Positions 37,911 to 51,058 of a stretch of DNA of 64,000 nucleotides are shown here, piece by piece. The notes beneath the pieces were generated by a model, which did not search any database, was not told the origin of the DNA, and saw nothing but the letters and a program-made list of their open reading frames with translations. How positions within the stretch are numbered: position 1 is the stretch's first letter; every line of letters starts with the position of its first letter. The position numbers and the translations under genes are program-made. Origin of the DNA: Octopus vulgaris. Taxonomy: Eukaryota. The stretch lies in contig OX597830.1 in assembly GCA_951406725.2 (NCBI GenBank), forward strand, positions 41,106,001 through 41,170,000, in the 5' to 3' direction.

Positions 37911-40900
37911 GTAGATATATCATTTTTGCTTTTTTTATGAATATCTTTCTAAAGATAAGATATATGCTAAAAGTTTAATTTGGCTATATTCAGAATAGTG
38001 AACGTACGAGAATTCTTTCTCATATGCTGGTTTGATTGTCTTTTGAATGAGCTCAGAAAAGAAATTTAATACATAGTTAAAGAGAAAGACAGACAGAGAG
38101 GAATATTGAGAATTATTTCTCTAAATATAACAATCTTGTTTATTAAACCAAGCCATAGAAAGTATTTGGAGTTGAGAAATGGTCATTTGGTCTATTCAGA
38201 AAGAACACAGAAAAAGAAGAGAAAAAAGCCCTACCCGTCAGCTTTTCCATCCAATCTACTTAATTCTAGAGGAAAACAGCCCATCTTTTCAATATCTTGT
38301 ATATAGCAAAGACTTGATTTTTAAGCATCTTATCTCTAACACTAGAATATATTAATTCTTATGTGACCTTGTCTTATATGAGGTCTTCTACTTTTCTGCT
38401 GAGAGACATATACCAGAAGCACAAATAAATTGGTTGTACATTATGCGGAATAAAATACACTGTGGTCTAATGTCACTTTATTAGACTTCCATAGTCTATC
38501 AACGTACATTAATTTGATCATTTCTTTTGTAAACACAACAATGAACCAATGTACAAATTCATATTACCTTAACAGTATGAAGAAGCTAAAAGCACATTTC
38601 TAATGTACAAAATTACTTAAATCTTGACAGAAAACAAGAAAAAGGGGAAAAAAAAAAAAAAAAATGAAAAGATGCTACAGTGCTGAAAGAAAAAGGTAGT
38701 GTAAGAAATGCAATAATTGTATTTATAAGTTGAAATAGTCCATTTCTATAATTTCTTGATATTTTGTACTGTCATACAAGTGCAAAATATTGACAGATCA
38801 GAAACTTTGTCTATACTGATGGTTTCATTACAGTGGTGTACATTTCACTCTGTTTTTCTCTAAGTATGTCTTCGATAACAATGCATTGCTACTCAATAAT
38901 GATAAATGCCATGGAATAGATTACGCTAAACCTCATGTAGAGTTTCTTCTATAGAAGACAATGGTTTGCTGCAGGAATCATTATGTACACTTTTCTCCAA
39001 CGTTTTCATATTTGTTTGCATAACGTGGATGGTGGTCATATCTGGAATTTTTCTGCATCAACATTTCTAAAAGACAGTCTGGTATAGATGTTTTTCTCTC
39101 TTTATTTGGAAAACTTTTCCCTTAATATTCTCACATTTATCTAGACACTTACATCTTTATGCTTATATGTTGAATGCTTCTGTAAATTTAGATATACAAT
39201 AAGTCTTGGGATAAATTTTATTTAATTATTTATTGTAACAACTTCACTTAGTATTTTGTACTAATTAGAAATACCTAGTATCAAATAGATACACTATTTT
39301 ATTAAGTTACCATGCCTGAGTCCATTAGTTAATATCCAGCCAGGGAAGGTGTTAAGGCTCAAGGTCAGAACATGCAATGACCATTAGACACCATTTGCCA
39401 ACATCAACTCCTTCTGGCTAAAATGACATTCACTGAAGGTGAATGAAAAGAAACCATCTTCTTTTAGATATAATTATTCTCTTTTTAGTAAGGTTCCAGG
39501 CTTAAACACATTAACTGGTATCAATGACAGCACTTAAACTTATAACCTTTACATTGACAGTCCAGCAATTTAACCACTATAGTGAAACACTATCACAATT
39601 GTTCAACCTTTTAAAACAAACCTGCTTGAAACCAGCTCTACTAAAGTGTTTGAATGAAAATCAAAATCTTGGTCTGAAATCTCATTAGTCCTTGATAACA
39701 TTAGAACTGTAATATGAAAGCATTTGCATTTTATTAAGTTGGAAGTAATTTCAATAAACCCTTCATAATTATTGATTGTTTTGCAAATTAAAATGCAAAG
39801 GCAGAAGTATATTGTTATTAGAAATATGCTCTCAAAATGTTTAAAGAATGAATTGTTTCTAGTATAGTCTACTGTCCATTCTATGGTTAACAAGCAATTA
39901 AGTAACATATACTGAAGTTCTGCATGATATTCACTCTATTGTTAGGTATTATTGCCATCCTGCTATTAGTAAATTCTAATGCTATGCCTGACATTAGCAA
40001 AGCCATTGTTAAAATAACTCATTGAAGTGCTTCCACATGAAGCCTATCCAGGCAACAAATGTTTACCTACTTTCTCATTCAAGTAGAATGTTTACTTGGC
40101 AGAAAGGTTGAGTACAAGTGAGATGAGGAAGTGGCTTGCCATCATGACTAGAGTAAACAAGAGAGATGGTTACATAAGTGTAAATATGTGAATATAAATG
40201 CATGTTGTAGCTAATCTTTCTCTAAACTGCAATATTTCACCGGATCAGTCTGTATCACTAGTTCTCTATAAGTAGATCAAGGATAAGTTTTTTCCCTGAA
40301 TGGAAAGTTGATTTATTGCATGTAGCTTTTTTTTGTTTATGTGTGGAGTTGAATTCACTAATGTAAACTAAATATTTGTTAATTTCTGAGTGCTGCTTCT
40401 TACGGGCACAAATTATACCACTCATCAGTACCTACTTAAGGTTAGATGGACTTAGTGTTTGTGTACTAAGTTTGTTCAGTACAGATACAATGTAGGAAAG
40501 GAACTGCTCCAACTCCTCAGCTAGATGCTCCAGAAGTCTGCTGATTCACCGTTTGTGACTCTGAATATGACAAGCGATGAAAATAAGTGCTAAAGATTGT
40601 TGATGATCGCAGGTTGAGGTGACCCTAAAAAGGCCTTCAAAGTTGAAGCTTAGATAAAGTACAGAACATTGTTCCACACTGATAAAATAACTCTTTATTA
40701 AGAAACATAAAAAGATTCAGTGCCATGAACCATCAAAGGCTTGCTGTCTTGATAGAACATGTTGAGATGATGATGGTGATGCTGATAATGAGGATAGTCA
40801 TTATTATCATCATTATCATCAATTGTTGTATAAAACTGACACTGTGAACTTTAGATCAGTAAATTATTTATTCTTTTCTTTGCTCTCAATTAAATCCGTA

Positions 40901-41328
40901 AGTAACTAGTTACTCCCTACTAAAAACATTTCTACTTCTGCATTGAAATAGCATGACTGAATGGATATAGATATAGAGTTCAAGTTCAAACCCAGCTTTC
41001 AAAGTAATAGAAAAGAAGTAGATTTAATAGATACAATAAACCATGTTGATTTCTTGACAGTTCTGCTAAGAACGAGTAAAACATCTCTTGTCAAACCACT
41101 TCGCATATCTTTTCAAAACTTCTTTGGAAGTTGTAAACACCTCACCTTTTGTTAATGGGATAAAATACCTCAATTTTGATGAAAAACTAGGATAGTATTA
41201 AGTTACATGATTTCTTTGTTTTTTAAAGGAACAGAAGTTGAGTACTTTCAATCAAAGAAATTGATTCTCAGCAGAATGCCTCAAAGAACCATTCCGTGAT
41301 GCCATCACTTTTATAATTGCTCTCATGG

Positions 41329-41480
41329 ATGCAGGTGTGGGTTTGGGGTATGAGGTTTGCTTCCCAACTACATGGTTCCAGGTTCAGTCCCACTGCGTGG
41401 CACCTTGAGGTGCCAACCAATACCTTGGCTTTGAATTTTGTAGATGGAAAATGTGTGGAGGCCCATTGTATATTTATGCA

Positions 41481-41524
<44 letters not shown>

Positions 41525-41742
41525 TTTGTATCTGTGTTTGGCGTTTGTATCTGTGTTTGTCATTACACACTGACAACTTGTGTTGGTTTGTTTGTTCTTA
41601 AAATTTTGCAGTTTGGCAAAAGAAACAGATAGAATAAATGCTAGTTTTAAAAAATAAGTACCAGAGTCAATGTGTTCATGTAAAACCCTTAAAAGTGGTG
41701 CCCAAGCATGGTCACAGTACAACGACTCAAACAAGTAAAAAG
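41329..41742 (+). mobile_element. Family B SINE, near full length with internal (TG)n
   Basis: Head, partial core, (TG)n and tail AAACAAGTAAAA all present. Confidence 0.85.
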
Positions 41743-42696
41743 CAGAAGTTAAGAGATATTACCCAGTATGCCTTCCTTGTTATTAAGACAGGTATGATTT
41801 GAGGTACATTTAGCTGCTATTTCTAGGAAGTTTAATGATCACACAGAGGTTCCATCATTGGCTCATTACGTGCTGATTTGAAATATATTGCAGATAAGAT
41901 TATCAGAAATACAAAGGTTTGTTTTCTATCTGCAAGAATAAACCTAATTTGGAAAGAGGGACACTTGGGAATTGTAGGTATTTGCAAAGTAGCACCAGAG
42001 GTTACAAAATCATAAAGATGTTAAAAATTCAAAGAATGTAAATTTCTTTTTAACTGTGAACAAAGTAATTGCCTGAAAACCATATAGGCATTAACACCTG
42101 TGTTGCTAATTGAATATTTTCTATTTTAAAATTGATTTCATTTACTATTAATCAAATCAAAATTTAATTATGCTGCGTATATATATGGACCTTAAATAAA
42201 GGATAACGAATTTTCCAATTTAAAGACATTAGTATGGATTAATTTTACAATGCTGACATTTTTGGAAATAATCTCTTATTTCATTATTAGATACTTTGGA
42301 TAGTTATGGCTGTGTTGATATTTAAACAAATTCTTGTGGTTGTTGGGTAGGGGAAGAAAAAATTCAGTAGAGACAGTCAATGGCTTTCACATTTAATTTT
42401 GTTACATATGTCATCATCATCATCATTTAATGCATTCTTTTCCATGCTTGCTTGAGTCAGAGTTTCTGTGGCTGGATGCCCTTCCTGTTGCCGACAACAC
42501 TCACTTGTTTTTAGGCCTAGATGTTGAAGTCCAGAGCTGATAATCTCTAGTATAGGTACTACGTTATACATTGAACTTGGAATATAAAGAGCAAGAAGAA
42601 AAGTCAAAAGTTAATTTAGCTGATTCTCTAATGATTCAACTAATCCACTGTGCTAATGTCTGGAGTTAATAATGATTATACTTCATACATATATAC

Positions 42697-42867
42697 TTTA
42701 TTTGTGGGTTAAAGTTGCCATTGGTTTCATACTGAGAAGAATTCTCAGCAGTTATCAAGCTTCCTACATGGGACATTGGTACTCCTCTCCATCCAAGATG
42801 GAAGTTTGATAATTGCTGAGAATTCTCAGTATGAAACCAATGGTAGCCTGATTAATTCACAAATAAA
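42697..42867. repeat. Foldback with arms of about 70 bp containing a GAAACC-AAT-GGTA hammerhead-like 3' half
   Basis: CCATTGGTTTCATACTGAGAA...TTCTCAGCAGTTATCAAGCTTCC pairs with GGAAGTTTGATAATTGCTGAGAATTCTCAGTATGAAACCAATGG. Confidence 0.88.
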
Positions 42868-43019
42868 AAAGAATATCCACCGATGCATTGTTGAGCACTC
42901 ATTCTCACTGTTCGATATTGACATATATATAATGTAGGTAGTTAAGGTAAATTGTAATTCTTGTTAGCAAATGTAACACATGTAATGGTGAATAAATAAC
43001 GCCAAACAATTTCCTGTTT

Positions 43020-43083
<64 letters not shown>

Positions 43084-43460
43084 CAAATTTACAGAAAGAA
43101 AAGACAGAGACAGGTGTAGCTATCAAGGGTGATATTACTTGATTCAGCACTCAGATTAGTGATTTTCATGCATATGATACACGTAGGAATAAGAGAGAAG
43201 CTGAAGATGTAGGATGAAATTGGCATAACAAAATAATACTGTAATATAACTTTGCTTCTCTTTGTACTGGAGGTATGGTCATATGCCATCTTATAAGCAA
43301 CTATTTATGGGAATGGTCACTTTTCCTCAGTTTCCATTTTCTATCAGCATTGAATTTCTAAGTAGCATCTATCATATTTACTCTCACCTTTTCTATTTGT
43401 TACTAATATTCATACATGTTGGTACCTTTCTGATTAGCATCATTCCATTTACTTTTACTC

Positions 43461-44199
43461 ATGCTCGCAACTTCTCTCAGGCTGTCATTGCATATATTAG
43501 CAACTTACTTTTTTTATTGTCATTATTTCTCTTCTTAATGACTCCCTTTTATTATCCCCCTTATTTATGTTAGCAACTCCATGTGTCATTCTTACATCTG
43601 TTAGCAACTTTATTGCTACACTTACTTGCCCTTTATGTTAGCAACTTGCATTCACTGTCAACCTTGTTTTACCACAATCCACTGGCTCTCACTCCTACTC
43701 CTGTTAGCAACTATTCTGTTATCATCTCTCTTATGTTCGCAACTTCATGTGTCATTCTTACATCTGTTAGCAACTTTATTGCTACACTTACTTGCCCTTT
43801 ATGTTAGCAACTTGCATTCACTGTCAACCTTGTTTTACCACAATCCACTGGCTCTCACTCCTACTCCTGTTAGCAACTATTCTGTTATCATCTCTCTTAT
43901 GTTAGCAACTTTTGTCTTACTGTCAATTTACCAGTTAGCAACTTCACTTACTGACATTTTTTCCTCTTGCTAGCCACACTATTGCTATCCTTGTATTACC
44001 AACATGTCACTTTCTCAGGTTCACAACTTATATTCCCTGTCACCCTTGTCTTACATACATTCCACTTGTCTCCTTCTTAATCCTGTGAGCAACTTTCTTT
44101 TATTATCCCTCTTATGTTAGCAACTTTCTTCTTACTGTCTCCAAACCAGTTAGCAACTTCACTTACTGACTGACATTTCTTCCCCTTTTGTTAGCAACT
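43461..44199 (+). repeat. Array of about 15 (T)GTTAGCAACT motifs with variable spacers, including a 166-bp higher-order duplication
   Basis: Motif near 43462, 43495, 43568, 43599, 43636, 43702, 43734, 43765, 43802, 43868, 43900, 43933, 44084, 44115, 44148 and 44189; 43568-43733 is nearly identical to 43734-43899. Confidence 0.92.
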
Positions 44200-44432
44200 C
44201 CCATTTACCTCTTCCCCCCTCCCATCAACACACTTCTTTTGATAACTTTTTATTCTTAGAACCTTACTGACCTTAATACCCTAACCCTTCCACTCTCATT
44301 TCACTCACCTCCTTTTGTATTACCTGTATCCTCTTACTGTCACTCTTTCGACTGCTACCAACTCTCACAAATTTCCTGTTACACTACCTTGTGTTATTGA
44401 CCTCTTCCAAGCTTCTTTTACTCTCACCTCTG

Positions 44433-44484
<52 letters not shown>

Positions 44485-44632
44485 CCTACTCTGAATGTTA
44501 GTCTCCCTCCTTTTAATAATATCCTCTTAGCATCAACCTTGCATTATTGCCCGCCCTAATATTTCTATTATTGCTGTCCACTCACATTTTATGCTGTTTA
44601 TTAGAGTGTGTGTTTATCTATCTATCTATCTA

Positions 44633-44735
<103 letters not shown>

Positions 44736-44788
44736 CTATCTATCTATGTATGTATGTATCTATCTATCTATGTCTATATCTATCTATC

Positions 44789-44861
<73 letters not shown>

Positions 44862-44939
44862 GTGCTCTTATCCTTATTCATGTAACTTTTTTTGTCATAT
44901 GTATATGCCTGGATGTGTACAGAGTTTTTACTTTCGAAT

Positions 44940-44970
<31 letters not shown>

Positions 44971-45601
44971 AACATATGTATTTAATTATGTAGTCCTGTG
45001 TGTTTGCTTTTAACCTTTAAAATCCATTAGCAGCACTTACCTTAGCTTTGGCCTGAGATATTTTCTGCATCAATGTCCTCTCTATTTTTTGGGGTTGGCT
45101 TTTAATTTCCTTTTTTTCTTCTTCTTCAATATATTGTTTAAAGTTTTATTTTTGATTTCTTTTGTATTTTTTTTTTTTTGCATTGTTGTCTTGGCAACTC
45201 CATTTAATTGATGTTCTCCCTCCCCTCTAAAAATCTTGACATATTTAATCACATTAGTTATGAGGGTGGGGAGGGGGACATTTCAGTTTTGCTTTGATAC
45301 AAAAATTGAATTTAAAAAAAAAAAAAACAACGGAAAACTTCTAAACGAACAAATTAATGAAGAAACAATCAAAGAGAGATGAACAAGGAAAAGAAATGGA
45401 GAAAAATAGTTGAACAGTAAAAATGCAAATAGTTATGAAAGAAAGTTGGTTGTAAGTCTTATTGACAGTAAATTTAGACATTTTCTAAATTTAAAACCAA
45501 TAAGCAACGTATAATAAATTGGTTTGCAGGTAATTGGTTTTGCTAATATAAATTAAGTTTGTAGCTATATAAATAAATAAATATATACATATTATTATAT
45601 A

Positions 45602-45717
45602 TATGGAGGACGAGTCTTCTTGAGTACAGCTAGGTGCCAGATATTTTGGTCCTCCAAAAGGTTCAGTGTTGTGAGGTTGTCCTTCAGTACATTGCCCCAT
45701 GTCTTCCTGGGTCACCC
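45602..45717 (-). mobile_element. RTE LINE C-terminal fragment; direct repeat of 46290-46406
   Basis: About 90 percent identical by eye; minus strand reads G*PRKTW..VLKDN, cf. RTE GRPRKTW. Confidence 0.8.
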
Positions 45718-45771
45718 ATTGGTGATTTTTTCCCCTCTGTCTTCCCTTCTTTGGATCTTTCCTTCTCCTAT

Positions 45772-45806
45772 GTTTCCGACAAAGAGCTCCACTCGAAACG
45801 TTAAAC
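45772..45806 (+). ncRNA. Mutated hammerhead motif (PLE-derived)
   Basis: GTTT-CCGACAA-AGAGCTCCACTC-GAAAC-GTT-AAAC; helix I GTTT/AAAC intact, core CTGANGA mutated at two positions. Confidence 0.5.
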
Positions 45807-45894
45807 CCTCCTTCTTTCCTGAGCGTCCAATAATACTATATTTGTTCCACATCCTCGCGTTGTTGTGTTTTTTTTTGTGCTTTCTTGCTTGGAT

Positions 45895-45958
<64 letters not shown>

Positions 45959-46014
45959 CACACACACATGCATATATATATTTAAATATATTATATGTAT
46001 ACACACACATGTGT

Positions 46015-46410
46015 CATTATCATTATCTTTTAATGTCTGCTTTCCATGCTGGTATAAGTTGGACGGTTTGACCAGTGCTGGCAAGCTGGAGAGCTACACC
46101 TGATTCCAGTTTGAATTGGATTGGTTTCTATGGCTGGACTCCTTTCCTAAAGCCAACTATTTTACAGTGTGTACTGAGTGCTTTTAATGTAGCTCTAGCA
46201 TGAGTGCTTTTTATGTGGTACTAGCACAGGACTCTTGACTCATGCAGGTCAATCCTCTTCATCAGGGGACGTAGCCTGAACACTTTTGCTATGGAGGACG
46301 AGTCTTCTTGAGTACAACTAGGTGCCAGATATTTCGAGTCCTCCAAAAGGTTCAATGTTGTGAAGTTGTCCTTCAGTACTTTGTGCCATGTCTTCCTGGG
46401 TCACCCTCTT
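46015..46410 (-). mobile_element. RTE LINE 3' end (family D tail plus ORF end)
   Basis: (CAT)-like tail, CCATGCTGGTATAAGTTGGACGGTTTGAC block and RG*PRKTWHKVLKD ORF remnant. Confidence 0.75.
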
Positions 46411-46836
46411 CTACTCATGCCTCTGTGTGTATGTGTGTGTGCGCACGCGTGTGCATGTTTGTTTATTAATTTCAGCCATGCAGCTGTGATCATGCTGAAG
46501 ATATAATTTTTTATATATATATATATGTGTGACACAAAAGGTGCCACACATATATATATAAAGACACCTGCCCTGTGTAGCACCTTGGCCAGGTGTCTTT
46601 AAACACAGCAGCAGACCAATCAAAGCCCTGAGTGGATTTGCTTGGCAGAAACTGGACTGCTTCATATACGTATAAGTTGTTGATGTCATAAGAATCTTAT
46701 AATCTTTTGAGGGACCGTGAAATAATTCTTTTTTGGAATAGTATAACCCAATGCTCACAAATAGAGCTATAAACAATAGCATGTAAATATTGGGTCACAA
46801 CAAACCATTTTTACATTGAAAAATGGGGTTTTTAGC

Positions 46837-47113
46837 CAGGGCTATGGAGTTGGAGTCAAAAACAATTACTGGGTAGCTGGAGTCAGAGTTGGAATTGGTA
46901 AAACTATACTAACACTGATTCCTACTCACAATATCTTTATTCTTTAATATAAGCCAGTTATAAGATATAGGCCTTCTCAAAGTACAAGCGTATGCATATG
47001 TTTATGAGGTATGAAGACCAGAATCACTTAATTACATAAAGAAGAGTCGGAGTTAGAGGTACCAATAGTAGAGAAATCAGATGCAAGTTTTTTGTTTTGA
47101 CTCCACAGCCCTG
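46837..47113. mobile_element. hAT-type MITE nested in an older foldback (about 46722-47188)
   Basis: TIRs CAGGGCTATGGAGTT and GACTCCACAGCCCTG; TSD TTTTTAGC and TTTTTAAC; the flanks are themselves mutually inverted. Confidence 0.8.
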
Positions 47114-47598
47114 TTTTTAACCCAATGTTTGCATGATGTTTTATTTATAGCTGTGTGTTTCAAGGTATACTGTTCCTAAAAGCAATTACATAGACAAACG
47201 TGTGTGTGTGTGTGTATGTGCATGTGTGCACGCACCTCCTTATCTAGACATCATGTGGTTGTTTTAAATGAATGTCGTTCATTTCCAATATTCTGCAAAA
47301 ACATGTCTGGCCATGCTTGGAAACAGAGGTTGTGATAGGGTATCTAGCTGTAACAAAATCTGCCTCAACAAACTCCATCTGACACATGGAAGCATGGAAA
47401 AGTGATCATTAAATGATGATGATGATGATGAAAGATATGTGTATTAACAACAGGCTTCTTTCAGTTTCCATCTACCAAATCCACTCTCAAGGGTTTGCTT
47501 AGCCTGGTGCCCAATATGCCATACTGTTGATTTGAACTTGAACTCAAGTGGTTGGGAAGTAAATGTCATAACCATACAGCCAAGCCTGTGTCGTGTAT

Positions 47599-47659
<61 letters not shown>

Positions 47660-48057
47660 CTCTCTCTCTCTCACCCCCCCCCAACACACACACACAAGCA
47701 CAAGCAAACTCACACACACACAAACACATGTATAAATAATTGAATAATTTGTGTTGAAGGAAAAGTTTTATTACTATAATTGCCCTGGCAGAAAAGAGAT
47801 AAAGCAGTCTTGTATTACATTTGTCTAAGACATGTCTCATAGTAAAATCAGACAGACAAGAATAGTTTGGCAATGTAGGGGAAAAACATGAAGTAAAATC
47901 ACTTCATGACAACATTCCATTTGTGTAGCACATGTATATATGGAAATCATAGTATACAAGTCGTATGAAAAGTAGTTCATGCACATGTTTTTAAACTGGT
48001 TAAAAACAGATGCCAACAAATGATTTCTCATTCAGCTTTGATGCTTTGTGTATAAGG

Positions 48058-48238
48058 GACCCAAATATTCTGCCTGTTTTATGTTCAAACTGGCCAGATC
48101 CAGCTTCTCACACCTACCCTACAATGTCATTCTTAAATTACACAATCATTGTTGAAATCTCGAAACAATAAGAATATGCATGACAATGTAAGTAAAAAGA
48201 CTTTGTATTTGATAGAGTAATCTGAATGCTGAAAAGAT
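48058..48238. mobile_element. piggyBac-type MITE family 2, partial, opposite orientation to 49343-49560
   Basis: CCTGTTTTATGTTCAAACTGGCCAGATC is the exact reverse complement of a block in the 49343 copy. Confidence 0.7.
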
Positions 48239-49342
48239 TCAAGACAATACAAAAAAGACCTGATTGATTTCTAGGTTGCTATGTTCTCCAAATCTGTGCA
48301 AAGAGCGAGTCAAATGGTCAGCTGCTCAACTTGTCTGGTACCAAGGATGCAGAAGTTTGGCCTTATATGGTCAAAGGGACATTATGCTCACTAGTCAACT
48401 TTGACAAAGCATTTGTACAGTTGTGTGCAATTCTGTGCAAGAGCTTTTGAGGAAGACAGATAATTACTCTCTGTGCTACCAGCATTGACATTTATCTAAG
48501 GAAAAGACATTGCTCTCAGAACACAAAGAGCTGAAACAGAGCGAGGCATCTTCACCAATCCACCATTTCAGATTAATACATTTTTTTATCAATCCCAGAA
48601 AGGTGGAAGACAAGGTTAACCTTAGTGTGATTTGAACTTAGAGCACAGGTAGTCAGAACAAATACTATGAAGCATTTTATACATCACTCTAATGACTCTG
48701 CCATTCCTCAACAATAGAATTATGAGACCTTTTGGCACAACTGTTTCGGTGCTGCCTATTTGGTATTGCTGATTCAATGCTTATTTATTTGACATCAGAC
48801 ATTTTAATATTTCTTTCACTCCCTCTTTCTCTCCTTTCTGTCTCTATCCCTCTTCTCCGCTCTATTTAGCTCTGTCTGTTTATGTGTGTGGTCATATTTC
48901 TCTTTATGTGTCTGAAGAGATGGAACGTGTTTGTGTCAGTCATGTTCAATTAATAAATTTCTCTTTCTCTCTTTCTCTCTCACTTTCTCTACGTGTGTGA
49001 GCATCTGGTTATGTTTGTATGTTGGTTGGCTGGTTTGATATTTAACCAATTGACTAACAATAAAGAAGTGGAATTAAACCAGTGTCTGTGTTATTATTGA
49101 CATAATGACCCTTCCAAAGCACAATAAAATTTGCTTCAACACACAAATTCACATAAAAAATCTTGCAAACAAAATACAAAACCAAAGTATCACTAAAACA
49201 CATTTTTTAATAAAATACCTCGATCAAGTTGAATTCTGACTTCCTTTCCACTATTCTGAGTTATGTTCTGTGTATTATATTACTGATACACATTTTACTC
49301 TTTATAAAAAGAAATACCAGTAATACTCTGTGGTTGGTTTAG

Positions 49343-49560
49343 CCCTTTAGTATTCAGATTATTCTGTCAAATATAAACTAATTAATTAATATTGTTTTGA
49401 ACTAATCAAGGACTATCTTGTTGCTTCAAGGTTTCAATAATGTGATTGTTTATTTTTAGAATGACATTATAGGATTGATGGGTGGGCCAGATCTGGCCAG
49501 TTTGAACATAAAACAGGTAGAATAATTTGGCCAGACATGACTGGTCCAAATGCTAAAGGG
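49343..49560. mobile_element. piggyBac-type MITE family 2
   Basis: TTAG|CCCTTTAGTATT...AATGCTAAAGGG|TTAA. Confidence 0.8.
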
Positions 49561-49978
49561 TTAATTTAACTCTACCCTTATGCATCCAACATTGTGCCTT
49601 ACAAAACTTGGCTATGTGCTGCCTAGCCAAAAGAAATCACCGATCATATATATATATATACTCTTTGTTAACAACAATGATTTATTAATTTGCTAGTGAC
49701 CAATCTCTGATATGTGAAGTAGGTAAAAATAATTATTGAATGCAAACAACACACATGGGCTGTACATCTCTCCTCTCTCTCTCTCTCTCCCCCCACCCCT
49801 TCTTTCCATCTGCCTCTGTTTTTTTTTTTTTGTTTTTTTTTTATAATTCTCCATGTATGTGTTTGAATTAGTCTATAAACCTACTGCTGTTCCTTGTATG
49901 CTTTCCTTTGTGTTTTCCAATTAAAACATTTTGATGGACTTTTTTTTGCTTTTTTGATGTGTTTTGCTGATTAATTTT

Positions 49979-50012
<34 letters not shown>

Positions 50013-50059
50013 TAATAATAATGATAATAACAATAATAATACATACATACATATATACA

Positions 50060-50149
<90 letters not shown>

Positions 50150-50336
50150 ACTGTTTCTGTTGATTTATTAATTTATCTTTTATTAGTCTGCGGACAACAC
50201 TATACATTCAGTGTGATTAGGAAACACGGTACACTTGCAAACAAAGATAAAGAGAAGTGGTGTTAGTATAATACTCATGGTGGTGATGGTGATGATTGCG
50301 GGGGCTGCAGTCATTAAATATGATATATATATATAT

Positions 50337-50412
50337 CCCCGGTCGAACCGTCCAACCCATGCTAGCATGGAGAACGGACGTTAAACGATGATGATGATGA
50401 TGATGATGATGA
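50337..50412 (+). mobile_element. Young, strongly 5'-truncated RTE tail insertion
   Basis: CpG-rich CCGGTCGAACCGTCCAACCCATGCTAGCATGGAGAACGGACGTTAAAC followed by (GAT)n. Confidence 0.8.
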
Positions 50413-50644
50413 TAATATATAATGAGTTACTTGTTTTGTATAAATCAATATTGCATTTTCCCCTCCTTTCCTCTCATTTTATTTTAAAACTTTTTTTTGC
50501 TTCTTAAATCTGAATGTATGTAATGTACAGGTTTCTCTGAACATCACCCTAAATTTCAGTTGATGGCCACTGTTGTTATCAGTTTAGTTTTTCAACAATA
50601 TCTTCCTTATTACTGTATACTTGGTGATGTAAAATATAATTCCA

Positions 50645-50702
<58 letters not shown>

Positions 50703-51022
50703 CAACTTATTTTACTGTAAGCAAAGGTTTGAACATTATCTGAATTAGATATAACAATGAACTGATAAACACACACACACACACACACACATCCACACAC
50801 ACATCCACCACACACACACACATACACATGCACTACATACATCCCAGACACACAGACACACACACACAGGCACATATTCAGCAAAAATGAAATAAACTGA
50901 CACCAATTGAGAATCAAAATCAGGTTACAGATTCAGCTGACTAGGCAGAAGGACAATTTTTATGTTTTCTAATGACAAAAGAGTATAAATAGTGCACACG
51001 CGCACACACACGCATGCACACA

Positions 51023-51058
<36 letters not shown>

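Noticed and set aside
43461-44199. CRISPR array interpretation
   Set aside because: Core is only 10-11 bp, spacers are related and irregular, there are no cas genes, and the context is eukaryotic.
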